From the IMG/VR virus record IMGVR_UViG_3300028920_000022, positions 394,730 to 458,729 of that record: a stretch of 64,000 nt of DNA; one strand, given 5' to 3'. Positions 38,401 through 46,734 of the stretch are shown one piece after another; position 1 is the stretch's first letter, and the number at the start of each line of letters is the position of its first letter. The translations under genes were made by a program, and so were the position numbers. The notes under the pieces are model-generated. The model worked only from the letters and a program-made list of their open reading frames with translations. It was not told the origin of the DNA and made no database searches.

Positions 38401-40663
38401 TTTGAGCAGGAACGTTTTGTGCTATCCACATGCGGATTTTAGTGATTGGACTTGTGGATAGCTTTACTAATATATCTACGGTTTCTTCATTGTATCCATA
38501 TACATTCGTAAGAGTTTTTAGGGCGTATATCCTGGTATCAACATTCATGTTTTCATCAGTGGATATTTGGTGTAGCTCTTCTTCTGAAGCATGAGAGAGA
38601 GCCTCTCCTTTAATATACAGATAACCTTCTGACAAACTATCATCGTGTAGTATTAATTTTAGAATTTCTGAATCTATATCGCTACGCAACGCAATTGCTG
38701 CTTTTATTTTATCGGTACCATTTAGATACATTTCTTTAAGGTACTTTGCGTCTATTCTTTTTGCTACAATTCTTCGAACATCTTCATCTGGATGATCTTT
38801 GAAAGGAACCACCTTATCTTCTGGAACATATACCAAAGCCGTTAAAACCACAGAAACGCTTGGGTCATTAAGCAGTTTTACACATATTTCTGGAGGAGCC
38901 ACACTTGCCAACTCTGCCCTTACACTTGGGTTTGGATCATTCAACATTCCTGCTAGAACTGCCACATCCCCGTTAGCAGCCAAAACTTTTACAGCTTCCT
39001 TGCGCACACGAGTGCTTTTCATAAATTTAGCTAATTGGTGAGGATATTTTCTTACAACATCACTTAAAAACACTTCAGATGAATAATTTTCTTCGTTAAT
39101 ATTTGTTTTATTATAAAGAGCCTCCATGTACGCTAGTATAGTGTTTTCATTGGCGTTTGCGTTCAAAAACTCTCTGAAGGGTATCAGGTTATAGGTGCGT
39201 GCAGCCGTCCACACTTCTTCCGGTACTGATTGTGATATTATTTTTTTACTTTGTTCTAATAGCGTATTTCTATATGATTCATTTATATGTGGATTTTGGG
39301 CGGCAGCGATAACTACTGGATAATCTCTAATGTGTCGTTTTAAAACCCTATAAAACAAATCCCCATCATATCGCTTGATAAGTTCGGCAAGAACAGATAT
39401 ACTGGAATCATTATACATGGTTTCGATAATGTCCATATCAGCTCGCTGTGCCACCTCTAGGCGTACTTTTTCCGATGGATCATCTACCAACAACCCCAGA
39501 TCTCTGGATAAAAGACGTTTTGCTATAAATAACCGTTCAGCTGGAGTGGCTTCTTCTGTAATTAAATGAATTAAATGTTCTTTTTTAGTTTTTTTATATT
39601 TACCTAAGTCTATAGGTCCAGTGGATTCTGTTAATAATTCTTTTAATTCATTTTCAACTTTATATACGGGTTTTTTTGTTTTAGGATTAATTCCTTCCCA
39701 TTTTGGTTTTTCTCTATAAGGGTTTTTGATAATATCGATCACATCTATGGCATTTGTTCCAAAGTAGGCGCCCTGATAAGGTTCGTTGGTATGTATTGTT
39801 CCGGTTCCTGGATCATGTACCCCAGAATAGCCCAAACTGGTAAGAATACGTCTAAACAAAAACTTATTCTCAATATTCAATCCCAGCTTTCCAACCGAAT
39901 TATGAACAAACCTTACAATATAAAATAATTGTGACGCAACCGTGGCTACATTTCTAGAACCTTCGCTTTTATTATACAACTTGTCAACAATTTTATTTAT
40001 TTGGTTGGGGACCTTAGAGGTATCATCTCCCAGATATTTTTGTTTTAATTGATGTAATTCGTTTTGAAGTTTGTATTCTGATTGATTAGCTTTTACTAAC
40101 TCCAAAGACGCTTGGGACATACCTTCTTTATCGTCTTTTTCTTCAAAACTTCTGTAACGTTCAGCAAAACCAGCCTTCTCTTCTTGTATTTTTTGTAATC
40201 TAATTTCTGCTTCTTCTATTTCTTTCTTTCGTTTTTGTTGAGTGCCTAAAACATAAGGCACAAGTATGTTTTTTATTTTTTCTACATCTCTTTCTAGATC
40301 GCCCTCGTTATACTTGCCAACGTCTAAAACAGTTTCGGGATTTCTGGCTTTAAATATAATAACACCAGGGCTATCAGCTTTAAAACGAATAATTTTTCTA
40401 GTACCATTAATAAAGTCTTCAACGGTTTTTTCTATAATAGGAAAACCATAAATTCCTACAGGAGTATCATAATGAGATTGTAGATATAATCCCCAAATGA
40501 GTTTTTTATCTTGATTTCGGTTTGCCCAAGGATTTACGGTTTCAGAAAAATGCAAATAATGATAGGGTTTAACATAATTCTTGATAATTCCCACCGCAGG
40601 AGGAATGTGGATATCCTCTTTTATATGCCTACGTTTCGCTTGTTTATAACTCATTTGTCCCAT
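35480..40663 (-). CDS. 1727-aa mosaic protein: ART-like N domain, HEAT/LRV repeats, Cys-rich repeats, ART-like C domain
   Basis: YLHF..PVGIYG..GYSG..D.G.G.IH..EP.Q; many D....VR..VA.R repeats; CxCxxC array; VYHGTS...GIYVT...VVLE. Confidence 0.8.
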   Translation of the reverse strand: MGQMSYKQAKRRHIKEDIHIPPAVGIIKNYVKPYHYLHFSETVNPWANRNQDKKLIWGLYLQSHYDTPVGIYGFPIIEKTVEDFINGTRKIIRFKADSPGVIIFKARNPETVLDVGKYNEGDLERDVEKIKNILVPYVLGTQQKRKKEIEEAEIRLQKIQEEKAGFAERYRSFEEKDDKEGMSQASLELVKANQSEYKLQNELHQLKQKYLGDDTSKVPNQINKIVDKLYNKSEGSRNVATVASQLFYIVRFVHNSVGKLGLNIENKFLFRRILTSLGYSGVHDPGTGTIHTNEPYQGAYFGTNAIDVIDIIKNPYREKPKWEGINPKTKKPVYKVENELKELLTESTGPIDLGKYKKTKKEHLIHLITEEATPAERLFIAKRLLSRDLGLLVDDPSEKVRLEVAQRADMDIIETMYNDSSISVLAELIKRYDGDLFYRVLKRHIRDYPVVIAAAQNPHINESYRNTLLEQSKKIISQSVPEEVWTAARTYNLIPFREFLNANANENTILAYMEALYNKTNINEENYSSEVFLSDVVRKYPHQLAKFMKSTRVRKEAVKVLAANGDVAVLAGMLNDPNPSVRAELASVAPPEICVKLLNDPSVSVVLTALVYVPEDKVVPFKDHPDEDVRRIVAKRIDAKYLKEMYLNGTDKIKAAIALRSDIDSEILKLILHDDSLSEGYLYIKGEALSHASEEELHQISTDENMNVDTRIYALKTLTNVYGYNEETVDILVKLSTSPITKIRMWIAQNVPAQTQELKEKLTTLKNDPDDDVVVAYIDNHRYEEYSEEYLNKILDRKNGDIDLAVTQVIYSKIPWVRLLESTNDNARYAAIKQVDKKYLPKFIHDEFEPIRVQIANTIDEKYLPEMMKDPSVGVRNIVAQKIPRDRLILMVKDQSETVRDSVAQRIPYNQISLMMKTEKNPRVLEVLRERMRRVEHLSSDDPSNQYYAATSMNYQDLQDHIDLLKNTTPNAQQAAINRLPILEAFHFVRSEDENVRLSAYSKLVYDKNIAKKYHKVLKSFMMHDNNFRVQQLFVQQVADESDLEAMVKSDNLDTVSAALHKMKDTSNVFEELLNRQDLGPIEYMAMGQLFMKTKPELLEKYLPQILTKNIKNLDALGKLAQRLPEKSLHLLIDSPIWDTQLVRYAVAQRVDKKYLTLLMDDPSVDVRGAVAKRIDYQYLRKMLGNEILNHKAQYSVLNIIKDKMVGNEYAKLYAKFRAVRMRIKPEAICPHCECDCEDCTCETEECPNCGCGFDNCENCGCHCEDCNCDEEQCEECGCGLDPCPNCGCHCPDCTCETEQCPDCGCGYDNCENCGCHCEDCTCETEECPNCGCGFDDCLNCGCHCEDCPCETEHCEECGCGEDEDEEDTNDTKDPLVKLISKKDKKERIKIATKLDNNNLKEMLKKETDTTIKAFIRHNLLKQSLAFSKRALPLELGRVRSLHDPEFREAAGKHKVIVYHGTSSKKLALIVQHGSLDPSIAENYVNWESVSPGIYVTRQLEGFTGAWLYANHTAKEDGGDPVVLEMAIPLNWIEIDPDDTRHNEKGEMNDLGENQGVVHRPINIKNIKGIQLQGKEIGQINPAEMSGLFEQDKTKWMPIGTALRLIAKNVYQLPEEYKEMVANIPKGMARNIAYQERENEFAEAMEIFFSTYILNPDARFNGKNIEEIALVWFLKNKNALWGNAKKELENFGKIIGVDMEEKLEYLGDYAPKPNENLAQYLRRVRNG
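36585..36980 (-). repeat. About five ~81-bp Cys-rich units inside the giant ORF
   Basis: CHCEDCTCETEECPNCGCGFDNCENCG-type unit repeated with variation. Confidence 0.8.
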
Positions 40664-41496
40664 AAATCTGGATTGAATTCTGTAACCGTGATTTCTCCAC
40701 CATATCTTCCACGCAACATTTTACCCACATATTTAGCATTCTGAGACGCTTCTTCGATTGTTGGATAGCCCGTTACACCTGCTAAAACCGGAACACTACC
40801 AATCAGTATCTTCTTAGCCGTAGCTCCGGCACGATGCACCTTTTTCTCATATATAACCCCATTATCGGTTATATGGATCCTTCGCCGTGGTAATACTCTA
40901 GCTGCTACCCAGGCAGGGTAAATATACATCGAGACGCCGTCAGGATGGTTTTTTTTATATAGTGCATACATCTTCTGCGCCTTTTCAAAAAGATCCAGAG
41001 AAAACTCCATATAGTTTTTGCCTGAAAATAATCTTTCTATTTGTTGGTCTACCGCTTGTTTTGCAGCTTTAACCTGAGATAGCTTCATACCCTCCATAGG
41101 CTTTAGAGCAAACATCTGTACCCGGTTGTTGTTGTGTCCTTGTTTAATCCCAGAAATAGCCAAAACTGTATCCGTATCTCGGTCAATCGTAATTACTACT
41201 TGGCTAATCTTACCCAACAGTTTGTGAAATAATTCGTCCGGAATAAACTTAAGAGCACCTAAAAATGGGATGATTTGCATCCCCAATTCTTGTCCATAAC
41301 GCTTTTGTATAATTTTGAAGATTTGGTCTTTATACTTCATTAACAGCGGGTCATGTGCATCAACGGTAATGGTTTCCACATTAGATGCTAGTTTTTTAAT
41401 GAACGAATTCGCAAGTTTGGCTACATTTTGGTGCACATTGTCTCCAGAGCGTATTAGAGCGTACAGTTTTATGCAAAACCATGCATACTTCGCCAT
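40651..41496 (-). CDS. Hypothetical protein
   Basis: Long ORF coupled to the giant gene; KLA motifs near the N-terminus. Confidence 0.65.
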   Translation of the reverse strand: MAKYAWFCIKLYALIRSGDNVHQNVAKLANSFIKKLASNVETITVDAHDPLLMKYKDQIFKIIQKRYGQELGMQIIPFLGALKFIPDELFHKLLGKISQVVITIDRDTDTVLAISGIKQGHNNNRVQMFALKPMEGMKLSQVKAAKQAVDQQIERLFSGKNYMEFSLDLFEKAQKMYALYKKNHPDGVSMYIYPAWVAARVLPRRRIHITDNGVIYEKKVHRAGATAKKILIGSVPVLAGVTGYPTIEEASQNAKYVGKMLRGRYGGEITVTEFNPDLWDK

Positions 41497-41502
41497 TTTC
41501 GC

Positions 41503-41835
41503 ATGAAAAGCTATATTATGTTGATTTCGTTGGTACTGTTAGCATGTGGAGGAATAAGTGTATTTTCTTCAGATACGAACGATGCCCCAGATCCGGAAGT
41601 GCTAAAACATTACCTGGAACTATGCCAGGCTGGTTGCCAGCAATTAGAAAAATTAACCGAAGAGGTGGATGGAAAATCACCATGCCTTCAGGCACGTGAC
41701 CACGAAGGTATGGATTGTGTAGAATACTGTGTTCACAAAATGCAGGTCGATTCAAACACCGATCCTGAGTGCTGGAAAGAACTAAAAGCCTGTGATGACT
41801 TTGAGGAACAGTGTCACTTTGGCGAACTGTACTAG
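41503..41835 (+). CDS. Cys-rich lipoprotein
   Basis: Lipobox LLAC; CxxxC pairs. Confidence 0.65.
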   Translation: MKSYIMLISLVLLACGGISVFSSDTNDAPDPEVLKHYLELCQAGCQQLEKLTEEVDGKSPCLQARDHEGMDCVEYCVHKMQVDSNTDPECWKELKACDDFEEQCHFGELY

Positions 41836-42167
41836 CCCCGCCAAGATTTTGAAAACGGCAGTTTTTCTTCCGCTCTTTTGTTGTGTTTCACATCTTCTGT
41901 GGTGGAGTGATAATAACGATAACAATTGTTGCACTTTGTTACACCTTTGTATAGTCGATAATCACAACTAACAAGATCTTCAACTGTATCAAATAGTTTT
42001 CTTGGGATTACTGTGCGTATAAATCCTAGACGTGTTCTTGTTAAACCGGCGCGGTATGCATAATAATGCAGCTTTTCACTAAGTATTTTGTGTCGTCGAA
42101 ACTTAAACACATATTCAGTTTTTACAGTTTCACTAACATCTTTGGAGCCACAATATTTGCAGAACAT
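41832..42167 (-). CDS. Zinc-ribbon hypothetical protein
   Basis: MFCKYC...CNNC; ATG overlaps the upstream stop. Confidence 0.55.
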   Translation of the reverse strand: MFCKYCGSKDVSETVKTEYVFKFRRHKILSEKLHYYAYRAGLTRTRLGFIRTVIPRKLFDTVEDLVSCDYRLYKGVTKCNNCYRYYHSTTEDVKHNKRAEEKLPFSKSWRG

Positions 42168-42478
42168 CAGTCTTCTTCGTTTGCGATCCAGGCTAGCACA
42201 TGACCGTGGCATAATTTAGGACTACAAAAACAACCGAGAACTTTGCCTTTTAGTTCGCGTTTGATATTCGCAACCATTTCCGGCTGACTACGAACCCACT
42301 CCTCATATTTTGCTACCGCCTCTTCTCTAGTATTCGTTTTGAATTTAGCTAAAGTGCCTTCTTTGTGTGAGTACATGTTTCCCCATTTCGAAGGTCTTCC
42401 TATATAGACATCATACGGTTTTTTGCTTTTATTAACGACCAAATGCCATATCTTAATGAATTCTATATCGGAAATCAT
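42167..42478 (-). CDS. DUF4326-family phage protein
   Basis: DVYIGRPSKWGN, LKGKVLGCFCSP..CHGHVL. Confidence 0.85.
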   Translation of the reverse strand: MISDIEFIKIWHLVVNKSKKPYDVYIGRPSKWGNMYSHKEGTLAKFKTNTREEAVAKYEEWVRSQPEMVANIKRELKGKVLGCFCSPKLCHGHVLAWIANEED

Positions 42479-43137
42479 TCACAACTCCGATTATATACAT
42501 CCACAATACTCGCGATGAATTCTTCATACTTCACGGCATCATTTTCGTATTCAAATTCCACCAACTTCTCTCCACAAGAAGAATAAGCTTGCATTTCGTC
42601 TTCTACTACAAGCGAAGGGTATCCTTTTTTATGTAGGGCGTCTTTTACCCTGGTAAATACGTTATATGGTAATTTTCCAATAAGATTTTTGGTATTCATT
42701 TGATAGGTGGAATTAGTATAAAACAATCCGTGTGCTATTTCGTGCCTGAGGTACCGATCATAATCTTGTCCTTCAAAAGTGCCAATTAGATAAGCATCTT
42801 CGGCACCATCGTCTTTAATCATACCCAACAATCCGCGCATTAGATAGTCGTAATGATTTGGGTCAGAAATACCTTTATCCCACACTTCTTGTATTATTTT
42901 TGCAGGAAAATTAAACCCACCCCAATCTTCAGGATAAGAAAAATATCCCTTATTTCTATCTTTAGAATACCAGGACATGTATTCGGTTAGTGTAAACGAA
43001 TTATTGCGAAACCTTGGGTTGGGTGATTCGTAATATTCTTGATATCTGAGAAACAACATTGTGGTGTCGTAGTGGCTACCACAAGTAACTAGATATATTC
43101 GATCTTTAATATTCTGCAATTGAAATAGGCTCATCAA
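42475..43137 (-). CDS. Conserved phage protein with HExxH motif
   Basis: RYQEYYESP, YPEDWGGFN, HEIAHG. Confidence 0.65.
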   Translation of the reverse strand: MMSLFQLQNIKDRIYLVTCGSHYDTTMLFLRYQEYYESPNPRFRNNSFTLTEYMSWYSKDRNKGYFSYPEDWGGFNFPAKIIQEVWDKGISDPNHYDYLMRGLLGMIKDDGAEDAYLIGTFEGQDYDRYLRHEIAHGLFYTNSTYQMNTKNLIGKLPYNVFTRVKDALHKKGYPSLVVEDEMQAYSSCGEKLVEFEYENDAVKYEEFIASIVDVYNRSCE

Positions 43138-43474
43138 GATATCGTCTTTCTTTTATCGAAGCATGAGTATCTACAAATTTATAACCACAATTATAACAAT
43201 TATATCCGGGCTCCAACAACACACTTAATTTCTTTTCATGTGTCCGAACACACATTTTTCTGCGAATCTTTTTTCTATTTTTAGTTTTCATATAAATAGA
43301 AAAAATAGATTGGCATGGTATAACCATATCTGGTGGTTTGATTTCTGTAGGATCTGCAATTATTGTCATACATTCGTTTGATACAGGGCTGCCACACATT
43401 TTACACCTTCTGGCGTGTGGAAAATTAATGTTATCAAATATACGATCAAAACTAATGTGTTTATGTTTTACCAT
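43106..43474 (-). CDS. Hypothetical Cys protein
   Basis: ATG 43474 just after tRNA-Gly; CKMC, CYNC. Confidence 0.55.
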   Translation of the reverse strand: MVKHKHISFDRIFDNINFPHARRCKMCGSPVSNECMTIIADPTEIKPPDMVIPCQSIFSIYMKTKNRKKIRRKMCVRTHEKKLSVLLEPGYNCYNCGYKFVDTHASIKERRYLDEPISIAEY

Positions 43475-43476
43475 TG

Positions 43477-43549
43477 AGCACCTGGAGGGAATCGAACCCT
43501 CAGCTGGACCTTGGAAGGGTCCCATGTTAGTCCATTACACCACAGATGC
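43477..43549 (-). tRNA. tRNA-Gly(TCC)
   Basis: GCATCTG/CAGGTGC acceptor, GGACC-CTTCCAA-GGTCC, GAGGG-TTCGATT-CCCTC. Confidence 0.95.
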
Positions 43550-43612
43550 AACTACCAGAAGCGGCGCCATGGCGCTTGATCATTGCACCCAAGTAGCTTG
43601 TGTTGTATATAT

Positions 43613-43696
43613 TTATGCACATATCAGAGTTCTTTTGAGGATAATAGAAACCTGTAATGTTTGTTGATAATAATCATAGTAAGGGAATGGGGGCAT
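43613..43696 (-). CDS. Mini-protein, ICA C-terminal family (27 aa; not in track)
   Basis: MPPFPYYDYYQQTLQVSIILKRTLICA*. Confidence 0.45.
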   Translation of the reverse strand: MPPFPYYDYYQQTLQVSIILKRTLICA

Positions 43697-43755
43697 AAAT
43701 ACGTACACAACCAATAATAATTGGTGGGTTTAGGTTTCTCGACAAAACCGTACTA

Positions 43756-43944
43756 TTATACCTGTAGATCTTCCGTTTTTTCTTCTTGAGCAGAGGCTAT
43801 TTTGATTATGCTTTTAGATTTTGCTAAATTGATTATTTTTTCATGGCTACGCTTTAGAACGTCAGTTACGTTATCACAATGAGAATAATCATTAATCAAA
43901 TTATTAACTTTTTCTGCTGCTTCAAAATATTCTTCGGAACTCAT
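43756..43944 (-). CDS. Small hypothetical protein
   Basis: IKIAS motif. Confidence 0.55.
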   Translation of the reverse strand: MSSEEYFEAAEKVNNLINDYSHCDNVTDVLKRSHEKIINLAKSKSIIKIASAQEEKTEDLQV

Positions 43945-43954
43945 AATATGCCCT

Positions 43955-44146
43955 TTATTTCTTTTCTTCCAATTCCCTAGCTTTTACATGTAGTTGTGCC
44001 GCAAGCTCTTTTAGAACTTCTTCAAGGTCTTTTAATCCGCCTTTGGCTTCATATTCTTTAGCTAAATCCCAAACGCGGTCTGCTGCCTCGCGGAAACATT
44101 CGTGTTCGTTTTTATGTCGCATATCATAATGATTTTTTATGCACAA
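43955..44146 (-). CDS. Small hypothetical protein
   Basis: Helical acidic ORF. Confidence 0.55.
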   Translation of the reverse strand: MCIKNHYDMRHKNEHECFREAADRVWDLAKEYEAKGGLKDLEEVLKELAAQLHVKARELEEKK

Positions 44147-44183
44147 ATTATGGTCGTTCTATATAATTTTAGAATTAATTGGG

Positions 44184-44342
44184 TCATGCGCAAATCAAAA
44201 CACGTCGGGGTGGAGTGGCGTTTTTTATAAGACGAAAAATATTAGCGTCTTCCTCTTGCTCTATTTCCCATTTGCAACGCTGAACTAATGTGTCCAATAA
44301 GTTCTTAGGCGCAGATGTGTATGGTACGAGAGAATCTGACAT
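44184..44342 (-). CDS. Mini-protein (52 aa), capsid-helix-like, ICA family (not in track)
   Basis: MSDSLVP...QRCKWEIEQEEDANIFRLIKNATPPRRVLICA*. Confidence 0.6.
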   Translation of the reverse strand: MSDSLVPYTSAPKNLLDTLVQRCKWEIEQEEDANIFRLIKNATPPRRVLICA

Positions 44343-44366
44343 ATTTAATTAGAATCGGTAACGAGG

Positions 44367-44513
44367 TTAAGCACATATATTTGTTGTTCTTTTGTTTCGG
44401 TCGATAATATTGAATCTTCTTCTTTTGACATCTGATATACGAATTGTGGGATTTTGAATTATTTCAAACGATGGAATTTGAACCCGCTTGCCATAAATTT
44501 TGTTTTTACTCAT
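44367..44513 (-). CDS. Mini-protein (48 aa), capsid-fragment-like, ICA family (not in track)
   Basis: MSKNKIYGKRVQIPSFEIIQNPTIRISDVKRRRFNIIDRNKRTTNICA*. Confidence 0.65.
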   Translation of the reverse strand: MSKNKIYGKRVQIPSFEIIQNPTIRISDVKRRRFNIIDRNKRTTNICA

Positions 44514-44533
44514 CCATAATTAGCGGACTGTAA

Positions 44534-44947
44534 CTATTTTTTGCTCGACTTCTTTTTCTTGAGTTTGCTGCTGTTTCTCCAAGTCTTTTTGCCCTCGAAT
44601 TTATCGCGAACTGAGGCGCAGAAAGCTTCTGGGCTATCCATATGCTTTTTCATTTTTTCTACGCACTCGGTAAAAGGATGTTCTTCACCCTTCATCATAG
44701 TACGCGAGTACTGTTTGACGGACTTTTCTTTCCATCCTGGAGGTTTCTTGCTCCAGGGTTTTCTTTTGGCTATTTTAAGGAAATAATCGGCTAAGGCTAA
44801 TATTGCCTTACTCTTTTTTGATGGAAAATGCTTTGTACAATAAAATCCACCAAATTCGTCACATAATGGATCCCCGGATTCACAGGGGTCATACCAATAA
44901 TTAGTTTCTGCTCCACAAATTGTACATTTACCCACAGTTGCCGCCAT
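44534..44947 (-). CDS. Basic hypothetical protein
   Basis: CTIC; YFLKIA motif; HPFTECVEKM...FCA. Confidence 0.6.
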   Translation of the reverse strand: MAATVGKCTICGAETNYWYDPCESGDPLCDEFGGFYCTKHFPSKKSKAILALADYFLKIAKRKPWSKKPPGWKEKSVKQYSRTMMKGEEHPFTECVEKMKKHMDSPEAFCASVRDKFEGKKTWRNSSKLKKKKSSKK

Positions 44948-44977
44948 AAAGAATTAAGAATACACTGAAATGCGGCG

Positions 44978-45247
44978 TTATGCACAAATGGTAGTTTTTC
45001 TCTTCGATCCACAAAAGAAACCGGTAGGAAAATATACCGGTTCCACAACTATAGGCATGTAGTCTCGAAAAATATTCGTTTTTTGTTCTACAAATTCTCC
45101 AAACGGAGTTTTTGTAAGAGTTTCGTTAGAAATTAATATTGGAGCTTTTTCGTAATAATACAACTTCCCATAGTGTTTTTCTTTAGGTTTTAGAAGCAAA
45201 CTAGTTGGCGAAACTACTAGGAGTTGTTGCGGAGGAGTTATAATCAC
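44978..45247 (-). CDS. Hypothetical protein, ICA family
   Basis: Ends KRKTTICA*. Confidence 0.6.
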   Translation of the reverse strand: MIITPPQQLLVVSPTSLLLKPKEKHYGKLYYYEKAPILISNETLTKTPFGEFVEQKTNIFRDYMPIVVEPVYFPTGFFCGSKRKTTICA

Positions 45248-45828
45248 TTTTTGAATAATTCCATGGCATGTTCATTACAGGCTTCCCAAAACTCCTTAGA
45301 CACACAACAACTTTTTTCAATACCATTGATACAAAGTTTGATTTCAAGTTCTCCGGTAGAATCTAACTCTTTTCCTATACCAAAACCTATTTCGCTAGCA
45401 TCGTCACAAAACTGATCCGCCAATCTGTTTGCCCAAGATTCTATACTTTCGTCGTTTTGTTCAGCACATTTTCGTATAACTTCTCCGGCAAGCTTTTCCA
45501 TTTCTGTGGAAACCGGAGCTGTTATATCAAAGTTTTTAATATACTCTTCTAACTCGGTTAGTTTTTGCTCGATTTGAAGTTGTTCCCAATATTCAGCTGG
45601 CGCCGGTTTTCTGTCATAAAAGTCTAAACCCTTTTTTTCGTCATCGTCCATACACATTTGTATAGCTTCACCAAGGGCTTTTACTGATTGCTGAATCCCT
45701 TTTCCTTGGGAAACTATGTCAGTAGTTAGGCAGTGTCCTACCCAAGTGTCAGGAATATCTTCGCTGGGTGTGAAAACACAAACCAAAGACGGTTTGCTGC
45801 GTACGATCGGGCGCTTTTTCATTGTCAA
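45244..45828 (-). CDS. HicB-like N-terminal domain protein
   Basis: WVGHCLTTDIVSQG..I..S...L.EAI..C pattern. Confidence 0.55.
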   Translation of the reverse strand: MTMKKRPIVRSKPSLVCVFTPSEDIPDTWVGHCLTTDIVSQGKGIQQSVKALGEAIQMCMDDDEKKGLDFYDRKPAPAEYWEQLQIEQKLTELEEYIKNFDITAPVSTEMEKLAGEVIRKCAEQNDESIESWANRLADQFCDDASEIGFGIGKELDSTGELEIKLCINGIEKSCCVSKEFWEACNEHAMELFKK

Positions 45829-46421
45829 ATTTTTGTTTGTTCTTTGTAGTTTATGCTACATTTTTCTTGTGTTAAAATCTGATTAAATTCGCTGTTAAGA
45901 GCATTTTCCACAAGATCCAAGTCTTTTCTAGGAAAATACACAGAGATATTTAGCTCATATTGTATTGGCCAAGTTATGTTGCCAGAACCATCTAAGATAA
46001 TGTCTGGATAACCGCTAAAATGCCAAGCGCCAAATGGATTGTTTAAGCTGGCGTATTTTTGTACTATGGTTAGGAACTTGTCTATCGAGGTTTTGTCAAA
46101 TTCAACCCATACCATGTTTACTGGCACCATATTATGGTGTTGGCAACTATTCAAAGTTTTGATTCCCAATTTCCAACACAGCAAAATTATATTTGCAATT
46201 TCTTTATCTATTTCGGCTGACATTTTGTCGTATTGAACGAGAACTGTTTTGTGTGGTTTAAGTTTTTGAGCCCTAATTTTCGTTTGTTCTACCCGCTCCA
46301 TCCACACTTTTCCACGTAAATCTGGAGGATCGCGTTTGATAATGATTTTGGTACCATCGCTCAAATAAATACATGTTGGCGATTGACGAGTAATGTATGC
46401 CTTAGGATTTTGTTTGCTCAT
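45825..46421 (-). CDS. Hypothetical protein
   Basis: IDKEIA.II...WKLGI.T..SCQ phage motif. Confidence 0.6.
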   Translation of the reverse strand: MSKQNPKAYITRQSPTCIYLSDGTKIIIKRDPPDLRGKVWMERVEQTKIRAQKLKPHKTVLVQYDKMSAEIDKEIANIILLCWKLGIKTLNSCQHHNMVPVNMVWVEFDKTSIDKFLTIVQKYASLNNPFGAWHFSGYPDIILDGSGNITWPIQYELNISVYFPRKDLDLVENALNSEFNQILTQEKCSINYKEQTKI

Positions 46422-46433
46422 TTTTTTTGTTTG

Positions 46434-46510
46434 TCGGGACGGCTGGAGTTGAACCAGCGTGCAACCAACTACTCTTTCAACCGCTTATCAGGCGGAGGAG
46501 ATACGTCCCG
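46434..46510 (-). tRNA. Atypical tRNA-Ile(GAT) lacking a D-arm
   Basis: CGGGACG/CGTCCCG acceptor, CCGC-CTGATAA-GCGG, GCTGG-TTCAACT-CCAGC; 8 nt replace the D-arm; 22-nt variable region. Confidence 0.75.
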
Positions 46511-46512
46511 CT

Positions 46513-46734
46513 TTATTTCACTTTTTTCAAACTCAATTCAAACTCAGCAGTTGTAGGCTGCCAAGCATCACGGGTAGTCTTGTCCCATACCAATATCCGA
46601 ATAACACCAGGAATAGTAGGATCAAGCCTGTGACTTTCTAAACCTATTGAATACCCTTGCCAATTGATACCATCTCCTAAATAATCTATTGCGGCTCGCA
46701 CAAAAGATTCTACTGAATCGTCTATTTTAGACAT
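46513..46734 (-). CDS. Small hypothetical protein
   Basis: ORF between coaC and the tRNA. Confidence 0.5.
   Translation of the reverse strand: MSKIDDSVESFVRAAIDYLGDGINWQGYSIGLESHRLDPTIPGVIRILVWDKTTRDAWQPTTAEFELSLKKVK

Noticed and set aside
44184-44513. Single capsid gene restored by double TAA read-through
   Set aside because: Both ORFs are in frame, but the intervening ICA tail and 27-aa spacer break colinearity, and each has its own start and tag.
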